Positions 55,847-64,000 of a stretch of 64,000 bases of DNA are shown one piece after another. Each line of letters begins with the position of its first letter. Within the stretch, counting starts at the first letter, position 1. The stretch comes from an uncultured Oscillospiraceae bacterium. Its GTDB lineage: Bacteria > Bacillota > Clostridia > Oscillospirales > Oscillospiraceae. Below the pieces are notes generated by a model. That model did no database searches and was not told where the DNA came from. It worked only from the letters and a program-made list of their open reading frames with translations. Location of the stretch: the NCBI GenBank assembly GCA_944387065.1, contig CALXDM010000007.1, positions 8,864 to 72,863 on the forward strand, in the 5' to 3' direction. The translations under genes were made by a program, and so were the position numbers.

Positions 55847-58239
55847 TGAAACACACCTTGCAAAATGTTTTCCCAACGCTGGAGTTTGTTGGTGTCGTCG
55901 AACCAATATTCGCTGAGCATCGGAAGAATGTCGTAGTCAACAATGGAGTGTAGCCACTCATCGGTGCAAACATCTCTACCGCAAAAATAGCTGTGGCCGA
56001 TGCAGAAGCCCTTACCCAGCGACTTATCAAGGGAAATCTCACGATTCAGGTCTTTCACCTTGTTAATGAGTTCATTTAGTGTCTCGTTGTTCAGACTGTT
56101 CTGGTACTGAATGAATCCCTCGGAATCAAAGCCCGGTTCCACTTCAAAGAAGCTGAAACGGCGACGGAGTGCATAGTCGATCATGGCGAGACTACGGTCT
56201 GCTGTGTTCATCATGCCGATGATGTAGAGGTTCTTCGGAACGGAAAATGAGAGTCCATTATAGGCGAGAGTCACTTTTGTGCCTCTATAGTCTTTTTCAA
56301 TCAGCATCAACAACTCACCGAAGATCTTACTCATGTTGCCACGGTTAATTTCGTCGATGATGAAGAAGAACTCCTTGTCAGGCTGGTTTGCGGCCTTCTG
56401 ACAGAAGCGATAGAAAATACCGTATTTTAGCTCAAAACCATCCTCTACCGGTTTATATCCCATCATGAAGTCTTCGTAGGAATAGTTCTGGTGGAACTGA
56501 ACGAACTCGATACGGCTGTCGTCCTTTTCGCCCATCATGGACCACGCCAGCCGTCTTGCGGCGAACGTTTTACCGACACCGGGTGCCCCCTGTAGGATGA
56601 TATTCTTCTTGTTGCGAAGGACGGCTACGAGGTTCTCATAGCGTTTTTCGGTCATATACACTTCATCGAGGAAGTCGCTTTTTGTGTAAGCGTCAATAGA
56701 AGCCTCTGGAACAACCGGATTCTCCTCTCGGATCAGATCAAGAATGAAGTCATATTCGCCTCTGGTGAGCTTGAACAGACTACCCTGTGCATTCTGAAAA
56801 AACTCCATCCGCTCCAATTCGGGACACTCTTTTAACGCCGCATAGTCAATCGGCGTGGGCAATCCTTCCACTTTCTCAAAGAACAGTTTCTCTCCATCCT
56901 GTTCTGCGCTGATACGCCCAAGGGCAACAATTTGCTTGACCGGATTGGATTCGTACCCAATGATCATGTCACCGGCCTTCGCATCAAGAAAGTTCTGGAA
57001 AATACGGCGTTTGTTGCCGTTCTCATTGTAAAGAGTATAGGACTGAACCTCGCCCACGGCAATGTCGGAAAAGCTCCAAATCTTCGGATTGGCGGTGAGC
57101 CACCAATAGCCGCGGTCTTGTTCACCAGGAGCCGCAGCAACATACAGTTCGATCCCGCTGAGATCTGTTTGATCAAGAGCCGCTGAAAGCTCGTCTCGCA
57201 GTTTCCAGACAAAGCTACCATCCTCATCTTTACCAGCGTCACGACCTGTATAGAGGATGGTCCACCACTGTGTAGATCCATCTTCCCGGACGGCTGGCGT
57301 GATGCCCGTAGCTTCGCAGATCCTCCTGGCAAGCGCAACGGACCCGGAATTATAGAAGTTTTTTGTCTCACCATATTTCACCGCAAGCTGTGTGCAGGAA
57401 GCCATACCACCATAATCCTTTATGCGCTTCATGATTTCAAGGGCTCCGGTAGTAAAGACAGATTCATCCTTCAGAAGTTTCAACCAGTCCTCAACAGAAA
57501 GGCCTGGGTCGTAATTTGAACCATACCATTCTGTAGTCACAGCAGCGAAAGCATCTTTCTGAGAGTAATACCGGCTGATGTAAAAACCGACATCGACTGT
57601 CAGCGTCTTCAGTTCCGGGTCGGGATAGCAGGTGTCAGTCAACTGCGATTGGAACAGGTTCACCAATTCCGTATCTTCTTTCAGCGCCGCACTGATTTCA
57701 TCGTACAGTTTTAAGAAATTGCGGATATTATCAGCATATGCACCCTTCTTAAAATGATAATCCGCCTCCAGTTCACTGGCGACCGTTTTTACCTCGCCAA
57801 ATTTATAGATATAGTATTTGTCCGGAAATCGAAGCCACAAGTATGTGCTGATGGCATTTTCATATTGATAGTGTTGCGCTGCCCCGTTCCCATACTTCTC
57901 CAGGAGAACTGTAGATTGCATTTTGAACGCATTCATTCGTTCGTACACATCTTTGCTTTCGTCGTACAAAGATAAAAACATGGCGCGCACTTCTTCTGGG
58001 GCAGATTTTGCAAAACCAATAATCATGCCTTTCGGGAAATTGTTAGCAGAAGCTAGCAGATTATAGGTCTTGTCCAAAGAGCGGTCCAGCATTTCTGCAA
58101 AGTCTGAAGCATTTACATCCCAATTATCTTGGAACCACTTGACTGCTTCCCACTTATATTTTTCTTCACCCCATTGCTTGGAAACAAAATTCTGCTTGTA
58201 TTGAGCAAGTACGTCTTTTAAGCGAAAACGGTCAATCAT
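55843..58239 (-). CDS. mcrB: McrB-type AAA+ GTPase with extended N-terminus and EVE-like domain
   Basis: GAPGVGKT, VQFHQNYSYEDF, IIDEINRGN, MNTADRS, YALRRRF; YWWLTANPKIWS...LFKLT EVE-like segment. Confidence 0.9.
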   Translation of the reverse strand: MIDRFRLKDVLAQYKQNFVSKQWGEEKYKWEAVKWFQDNWDVNASDFAEMLDRSLDKTYNLLASANNFPKGMIIGFAKSAPEEVRAMFLSLYDESKDVYERMNAFKMQSTVLLEKYGNGAAQHYQYENAISTYLWLRFPDKYYIYKFGEVKTVASELEADYHFKKGAYADNIRNFLKLYDEISAALKEDTELVNLFQSQLTDTCYPDPELKTLTVDVGFYISRYYSQKDAFAAVTTEWYGSNYDPGLSVEDWLKLLKDESVFTTGALEIMKRIKDYGGMASCTQLAVKYGETKNFYNSGSVALARRICEATGITPAVREDGSTQWWTILYTGRDAGKDEDGSFVWKLRDELSAALDQTDLSGIELYVAAAPGEQDRGYWWLTANPKIWSFSDIAVGEVQSYTLYNENGNKRRIFQNFLDAKAGDMIIGYESNPVKQIVALGRISAEQDGEKLFFEKVEGLPTPIDYAALKECPELERMEFFQNAQGSLFKLTRGEYDFILDLIREENPVVPEASIDAYTKSDFLDEVYMTEKRYENLVAVLRNKKNIILQGAPGVGKTFAARRLAWSMMGEKDDSRIEFVQFHQNYSYEDFMMGYKPVEDGFELKYGIFYRFCQKAANQPDKEFFFIIDEINRGNMSKIFGELLMLIEKDYRGTKVTLAYNGLSFSVPKNLYIIGMMNTADRSLAMIDYALRRRFSFFEVEPGFDSEGFIQYQNSLNNETLNELINKVKDLNREISLDKSLGKGFCIGHSYFCGRDVCTDEWLHSIVDYDILPMLSEYWFDDTNKLQRWENILQGVFQ

Positions 58240-58250
58240 ATTCTCACCCC

Positions 58251-61217
58251 TTATGCATTGCGCAAACTCTTGTAGATTTCTTCCGCAAAGATCCCCAGCA
58301 CTTGCCGTTTCATATCATCGTTGGAAAGCAGCATGGAGAAAAAATCCTGGTTTTGTGACAGCCCTTCGATCAGCGCATCATCAATATCGTCAAAGTAAGA
58401 AAACTCGAAGTCCTTCTGGGTATTGTTTTTTGCACTGGTCTTAAGCCGCTCTGACTTCATCAGGATATCACGAATCTGGAGCATGGCTTTGACAACCACA
58501 TCATTATCATAAGATTTTCCGGTACGGCTGTTGATCTCATCAATGATCTCTGACAGCCGCTGCTCCTTGTCTTCTGTAAGGCCAAAGTGCTCCGCCGTTG
58601 GTAATTTCGTCACCGGCTTTGCCACCAGGTTTGGAGAAAGGTGCTCCTCACCCTTCTTCTGAATAAAGTTGGACGCTTTAATTTTACCGTCAAGGTTAAA
58701 ACCAGCACCGGGATGCTTGATATTGATGTACGCCAGCAAGTAAGCGATAAAGTTATACTTCTTGTGCAGTTCCGTATCCTCAAAGCAAGACACCTGCAAC
58801 AGGAATTCGTAGTAGCGAACAAAACTGCGCATAGCGGCAACTGCCTCGCGCTGCTCCTCATATTCGTAATGGTCCAGCAGCTTCTTGCTTTTTTGCAGGA
58901 AAAATGTAAGGCGCTGCTTCTGCTTGCCAGTTACTTTATCGGAATATAGGATCTCGTTTGCACTTTCAATGTCGGCAGGATCGAGTATGGCATAGGCATC
59001 GATCTTGGCCTCCAGATCATAAATGGCGCTTGGTGTCACGGAATTTGACAGAAGCGTAGTTGTGTAATAAGGTGCAAACGCTGCTTTCATATCCTCGTAG
59101 CTGTTCACAAAATCCAAAACAAACGTCTTTTTGTCGTAAGGTGGACAGATACGGTTCAAGCGGGAAAGCGTTTGAACCGCATTTACACCTCGCAGCTTTT
59201 TCAGGACATACATGGCGCAGAGCTTTGGCTGGTCAAATCCCGTCTGATACTTATTGGCTACAAGAAGCACCTGGTAAGCATCAGTATCAAACTCTTTTGT
59301 CAGCCTGTCCTCAGGAAAGCCATTGATGGAGGCTTCGGTGTATTCCGTCTCATCGTCCGGCAGTTTCACCTTGCCGGAAAAGGCCACCAGAGCATGGATA
59401 CCCTCATATCCCTTCTTTGTGATGTAATCCTCAAAAGCCTGACGATATTTCACCGCAGCCTGTCGAGAAGCCGTGATGACCATTGCTTTGGCCTGTCCGC
59501 CCAGTTCGTTCATGACGGTAGTGCGAAAATGCTCTACAATGACTTCAATCCGCTGCGAGATGTTGGTATCATGCAATTCTACAAATCGAGCGATCTGCCG
59601 CTTGGCGGCGTTGGTTTTACAGCGGGGATCATCTTCGATTTCCTTGTTGATTTGATAAAAAGTCGAGTATTCCGTGTAGTTTTGCAGCACATCCAGAATA
59701 AACCCCTCTTCAATGGCCTGTTTCATGGAGTAGACATGAAATGCTTCACGCTGCCCTTTGGTATTCAGTCGGCCAAAGAGTTGGATGGTGGTGGGCTTTG
59801 GCGTAGCGGTAAAGGCAAAAATGGACACATTGGCCTGCTTGCCGTTGCGCCGGATCTCATCGGAGATCATGTCCTCCACATCCCCCTCCACCTGTTCACC
59901 GGAGCCAAGGGACATAGTCACCGCAGCCATATCCTTACCGGCGGTGGAAGAGTGGGCTTCATCAATGATTACAGCGAACCGCTTGTTTTTCAGGCCCTTT
60001 ACGCTGTCCACAATATACGGGAACTTTTGGATGGTGGTAGCGATGATCTTCGTGTTGCCATTAAGGGCAATGGCTAGATCCGCCGAGTTACACTTATCGT
60101 CCATGACACGGATGAGGCCAGCTTTGTGCTCCATCCCCACGATGGCCTTCTGGAGCTGGCGGTCCACCACCACGCGGTCGGTTACAATGATGATGTTGTC
60201 AAAAATGATCTTGTTGTCCGCATCGTGCAGCGAACTCAGACGATGCGCCAGCCATGCAATGGAGTTGGTTTTGCCAGAACCGGCGCTGTGCTGAATCAAA
60301 TAGTTCTGCGCGGTACGGTTTACCCGGACATCCGCGAGAAGTTTGCGGATCACATCCAGCTGGTGGTAGCGAGGGAAAATGAGATTTTCAGACCGTTTCA
60401 CCTTGCTGGTCTGGTCATCGACCTTTTCCTTTACCTCAACAAAAATGAACTTGCTGATCAGGTCCAGGATGGTATCCTTCGTCAGAATATCCTCCCACAT
60501 ATAGGACACGCTGTATTTGTCCGGAAAGGTAGGATTTCCCGCACCAGCGGTTACCCCCTCGCCGTTGCCCATATTGAAGGGCAGGAAAAAGGTGGCATCC
60601 CTGGCCAATTTGGTGGTCATATAGACCTCTTCCAGATCCATGGCGAAGTTGACAAGGCAGCCGGCCTTGAAGAGAAACAGACGGGTCTTGGGATTGCGCT
60701 CGGTGCGGTACTGGTAAATGGCGTCCTGATAGGACTGTCCAGCGGTGTTGCACTTGAGCTCAAAGGAGATGATGGCAAGGCCGTTCAGGAATATTACCAC
60801 ATCAATGCGCTCTTTGTCGCTGGCCCAGACCTCCTCCATGACCGAGAAGATATTCTGGCTGTATTTCTTCGTCAGATCCGGGTTGAAGGTGGTGGCGGGC
60901 TTGGTGTACATCAGCTCCAGCTTTTGGTTGGAAATCTCAATGCCGTGCTTCAGCACATCAATCAGGCTGCCGCGGGTTTTGGTGGTTTCCGTGTTGATAA
61001 AGCTGACGATGGTATCTTCCAAGTCATCCTTATAGATTTTTCGCAGGTAGTCCATGGTGTCCGGCTGGGTGCCGTTCAGAAACTGAAACAGCATTTCCCG
61101 GTCCATGGCGAAGGAGCGGTCAAAATGAGCAGCCTTGCGAATGACATAGCCGTTGTCTTTTTCCAAGCGCTCTAAGAGGAAGTTTTGGTAATCCTTTTCC
61201 GATAACACATGATTCAT
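58251..61217 (-). CDS. hsdR: Type I restriction subunit R
   Basis: RIDVVIFLNG..FELK nuclease motif, HSAGSGKT, IDEAH, FTATP, YQTGFDQP, QTLSRLNR. Confidence 0.95.
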   Translation of the reverse strand: MNHVLSEKDYQNFLLERLEKDNGYVIRKAAHFDRSFAMDREMLFQFLNGTQPDTMDYLRKIYKDDLEDTIVSFINTETTKTRGSLIDVLKHGIEISNQKLELMYTKPATTFNPDLTKKYSQNIFSVMEEVWASDKERIDVVIFLNGLAIISFELKCNTAGQSYQDAIYQYRTERNPKTRLFLFKAGCLVNFAMDLEEVYMTTKLARDATFFLPFNMGNGEGVTAGAGNPTFPDKYSVSYMWEDILTKDTILDLISKFIFVEVKEKVDDQTSKVKRSENLIFPRYHQLDVIRKLLADVRVNRTAQNYLIQHSAGSGKTNSIAWLAHRLSSLHDADNKIIFDNIIIVTDRVVVDRQLQKAIVGMEHKAGLIRVMDDKCNSADLAIALNGNTKIIATTIQKFPYIVDSVKGLKNKRFAVIIDEAHSSTAGKDMAAVTMSLGSGEQVEGDVEDMISDEIRRNGKQANVSIFAFTATPKPTTIQLFGRLNTKGQREAFHVYSMKQAIEEGFILDVLQNYTEYSTFYQINKEIEDDPRCKTNAAKRQIARFVELHDTNISQRIEVIVEHFRTTVMNELGGQAKAMVITASRQAAVKYRQAFEDYITKKGYEGIHALVAFSGKVKLPDDETEYTEASINGFPEDRLTKEFDTDAYQVLLVANKYQTGFDQPKLCAMYVLKKLRGVNAVQTLSRLNRICPPYDKKTFVLDFVNSYEDMKAAFAPYYTTTLLSNSVTPSAIYDLEAKIDAYAILDPADIESANEILYSDKVTGKQKQRLTFFLQKSKKLLDHYEYEEQREAVAAMRSFVRYYEFLLQVSCFEDTELHKKYNFIAYLLAYINIKHPGAGFNLDGKIKASNFIQKKGEEHLSPNLVAKPVTKLPTAEHFGLTEDKEQRLSEIIDEINSRTGKSYDNDVVVKAMLQIRDILMKSERLKTSAKNNTQKDFEFSYFDDIDDALIEGLSQNQDFFSMLLSNDDMKRQVLGIFAEEIYKSLRNA

Positions 61218-62464
61218 TGCGCAGGCACCTCCTTTTTACCAGTGACATATTCGTAGATCAGCGATTTTTTGTAGGCTTCCAAGGTGGAGAGCTGGTCTTG
61301 TTTCTGGGCGATGATACCATCGATTTCTGCACATTTTGCATCGAGATGATTTGCGATAGCTACCTGCTCATCATATGGCGGCTCAAATACCATCAGACGG
61401 GAAAACTCGGAATAGTTCAATCCTTGCCGTACGCCATTGCCCATATTATAGAATACTTTCATTACATCATAGGCGTGGAGCAGAAAGTGGAAATACCTCG
61501 AATCGACCTTTTTGATCGGACAAAGGTCGATATATGCAGAGGTAATAATGCCATGTTCCTTAACCAGTCCTGTGCGCAAGCTGCGCTTATCATTCTGAAG
61601 GTCAGTGGGCCGAATGATGATATCCCCAGCTTCAACAATATTGTAAGTATTGAAACTTTCCGGTAGCAAACCATCACTGGTATTAATGTCTTTACGGATA
61701 ACCCTGCCGTAACTCAATGACAGAAGATTATCCTCTGCGCCAAACCGGTTTTTGTTTTTGCGTTCTCCGAAATAAGTATAGACAGGATGTATAATCCAGT
61801 GCGCAGGTATCATCCCAACCCACTCAATCCCACTATCCTTCATCTCCACATCCGGGTTCAGCCCCTTGGTGACCGCTTCGGTGATAACAGACCGCTTGTA
61901 TTGTTCCAGGGTGTCAATCTGGGTCTGGATATCGGCGGCGAGGGCGTCGATTTCGGCGCATTTGGCGTCGAGGTACTTTGCGATTCTTCTTTGCTCATCG
62001 AGGGGGGGCATTGGTATTGTTATTTTCTTCATGTCCTGCCAACCAGTTGTCCACAAGTCATCTACGATACCATGCCCCCAACGGTAATTTTCATCGCCAA
62101 ATTGAGTCGTATGGAATAGCCACTCGTAATATGTAGGCACCATTTCTTTTCTCGGCACCATAACGATGTTAATCAGAGAAACAGACCCATCATAGGGTGA
62201 AATACCACATGATCCACGTCTGTCAGATCGACTGTTAATTGCAAAATCACCAACACGCACCAGTTTGCGATTATCACCATCATTTGTTTTTGCTGCTGTT
62301 TCTAACTGTGGAAGTATCCCTTTATTTGTCACGGAAAGTGGAGGATAATCTTTATCGCTTACTTTTTCGTTCCTAATGGAATACAATCCACCAATTTTTG
62401 CAAGTGTCCAGTCGGCGGGTATTTTGCCGAGCCATTTAAGCCCGCTATCTTTCATCTCCCTCAT
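61214..62464 (-). CDS. hsdS: Type I specificity subunit S
   Basis: MKDSG..W.G.IP twice; PP.DEQ..IA..LD.KCAEID twice; two variable TRDs. Confidence 0.95.
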   Translation of the reverse strand: MREMKDSGLKWLGKIPADWTLAKIGGLYSIRNEKVSDKDYPPLSVTNKGILPQLETAAKTNDGDNRKLVRVGDFAINSRSDRRGSCGISPYDGSVSLINIVMVPRKEMVPTYYEWLFHTTQFGDENYRWGHGIVDDLWTTGWQDMKKITIPMPPLDEQRRIAKYLDAKCAEIDALAADIQTQIDTLEQYKRSVITEAVTKGLNPDVEMKDSGIEWVGMIPAHWIIHPVYTYFGERKNKNRFGAEDNLLSLSYGRVIRKDINTSDGLLPESFNTYNIVEAGDIIIRPTDLQNDKRSLRTGLVKEHGIITSAYIDLCPIKKVDSRYFHFLLHAYDVMKVFYNMGNGVRQGLNYSEFSRLMVFEPPYDEQVAIANHLDAKCAEIDGIIAQKQDQLSTLEAYKKSLIYEYVTGKKEVPAQ

Positions 62465-62476
62465 ACCATCACCGCC

Positions 62477-64000
62477 TCATTCAAACAGTTTCGCCACACG
62501 CTCGGAAACGGAAAGCTCCAGCTCGAGAAACTTCGCCTCAAGTTCCTCGCTGGGCACCGGCTGCTGGTACTTGTAGAAATAGCGGGTAAAGGGGATCTCC
62601 GCGCCGGTCTTGATGACCGGTTTTTTCTTGGAAAGGTCCTCTTCAAAAAACGCTTTGGCGTCGGGAATATGGGGCAGTACCTCCCGGGCCATATAGTCCT
62701 CGATCTTCTCGCCCCACTTTACGATTTCGGTGTCCTTGGTCTCCTTGTCGTAGAGCACATTGCCCTTGCGGTCTCGCTGAATCTCGGCGGACTTGTCCAT
62801 CACCGAGAGGCCATCGGCGATTTTATCCAGCAGCTTCTTATCCGCTGTCACATTCGCCAGCACTTTGGTAAGCACCGGCATGAATGCCGCCGGGGAAAGA
62901 TAAACCTCTTTAGAGATCGCATCGTGCAGGGCGGCGACAATGGCTTCATAGACCGGCTGATTGTTCTGGTAGTTCTCCAGTTTTTTCAGGTCTTTGCCGG
63001 TGGGTTCTTCCAAACTTTCTATCTCATCAACTTTCGCCTGGTCATATAAAGAGGACAGGGAACCTTTGGAGAGCATCGCTTCAATCCGCTCCGCTGTGAT
63101 GGCATAGCTGCGCTGAAGGGGCTGCATCACCGTGTATTCCCGGTAGATGAACTCCTCGTTAGGATAGATCTTACAGTATTCGTTTTCCGCAAATTCGGCA
63201 TACAGCTTTGTGATAGCTGTGCGGTCCTCGGGCGAGATCTCGTTTTTCTTATCGCCCAGGGCTTTACGCAGCTTCTTGAAGAAGCTGGATGCATCGATGA
63301 GCTGGATTTTTCCCTTGCGCTCCGGGCGCTTGTTCTTAGACAGCACCCAAATGTAGGTGGCAATACCGGTGTTATAGAAGAGGTCCACTGGCAGGGCGAT
63401 GATGGCCTCGATCAAGTCATTTTCCAGCATCCAGCGGCGGATCTGGCTTTCGCCAGAAGATGTGCCGCCGGAAAACAGCGGGCTGCCATTTTCAATGATA
63501 GCGGCGCGCCCGAAGTTGTCATCCATCTTATCAATGGCAGATTGCAGGAACAGCATCTGCATATCGCCGGAGCCGGGCAGGCCCGCACCCCAGCGGCCAT
63601 CAAAGCCCTTCTTGTATTCCTCCTGAACAGCAGCCTCTACACCTTCCGCCGCATCCTTTCCGCCCCACGGAGTGCCAAAAGGCGGGTTTTCAATGACAAA
63701 GCGCATTTTCGTGCCCTTGAAACGATCGGCAATCATTGTGTCCTGGTAGCAGATGTTCTCCGCGTTCTGCCCCTTGATCATCATTTCCGCAAGGCAGATG
63801 GCGTAAGACTCCGGGTTTATTTCCTGGCCGAATAACCGCACATCGGCGGAGGGATTGTAGCGCTTGATGAAATTGTAGCTGGTGGAGAGCATACCACCTG
63901 TTCCACAGGCCTGATCCAACACAGTGATGACTTTTCCGTCATCGAAGATATCATCACAGCCTTCCGCCAGCAGGATATTGACCATCAGCTTGATGATGTC
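62477..64000 (-). CDS. hsdM: Type I m6A methyltransferase subunit M, 5' end outside window
   Basis: DQACGTGGML (motif I), NPPF (motif IV), FYNTGIATYIW, EIPFTRYFY; frame open to the window edge. Confidence 0.95.
   Translation of the reverse strand, partial: DIIKLMVNILLAEGCDDIFDDGKVITVLDQACGTGGMLSTSYNFIKRYNPSADVRLFGQEINPESYAICLAEMMIKGQNAENICYQDTMIADRFKGTKMRFVIENPPFGTPWGGKDAAEGVEAAVQEEYKKGFDGRWGAGLPGSGDMQMLFLQSAIDKMDDNFGRAAIIENGSPLFSGGTSSGESQIRRWMLENDLIEAIIALPVDLFYNTGIATYIWVLSKNKRPERKGKIQLIDASSFFKKLRKALGDKKNEISPEDRTAITKLYAEFAENEYCKIYPNEEFIYREYTVMQPLQRSYAITAERIEAMLSKGSLSSLYDQAKVDEIESLEEPTGKDLKKLENYQNNQPVYEAIVAALHDAISKEVYLSPAAFMPVLTKVLANVTADKKLLDKIADGLSVMDKSAEIQRDRKGNVLYDKETKDTEIVKWGEKIEDYMAREVLPHIPDAKAFFEEDLSKKKPVIKTGAEIPFTRYFYKYQQPVPSEELEAKFLELELSVSERVAKLFE

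Larger units (their letters stand above)
54541..64000. mobile_element. Lower-GC genomic (defence) island starting at ssrA 3' end; extends beyond window
   Basis: Abrupt visible drop in GC and codon bias right after CCA 54540; RM cargo; no integrase within window. Confidence 0.75.

Noticed and set aside
54541-64000. Prophage
   Set aside because: No integrase, structural or replication genes in the visible part; only restriction genes.

Overview
High-GC Firmicute chromosome, probably Clostridia/Oscillospiraceae-like (inferred from gene content and sigmaA/SD signals). About 1-40 kb is mostly housekeeping: a pur operon (purE-C-F-M-N, separate IMP cyclohydrolase, AICAR transformylase, purD), an ABC-2 exporter, a YclNOPQ/FatDCEB-like siderophore importer, murB-rapZ-yvcK-whiA-dnaE-cls, purA, yebC, degV and cdaR-ftsEX-M23-S41. 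At 40.4-47.8 kb is the most novel region: a heme-type uptake operon (IsdE/IsdF/ATPase-like). It encodes three surface proteins that share one unrecognised ~160-aa domain (4 copies) but carry three different envelope anchors (SLH, WxL-like tail, C-terminal TM). No sortase is encoded in the locus. A non-Fur palindrome GTTAGC-N4-GCTAAC occurs twice upstream of this operon and twice (degenerate) upstream of the siderophore operon. Next come the str operon (L7Ae-like, rpsL, rpsG, fusA, tuf), smpB, ppiB and tmRNA. From the tmRNA 3' end a lower-GC defence island (type I RM plus McrBC with an EVE-like domain) runs off the window. All calls are from motif recognition and manual inspection; no database searches were run.
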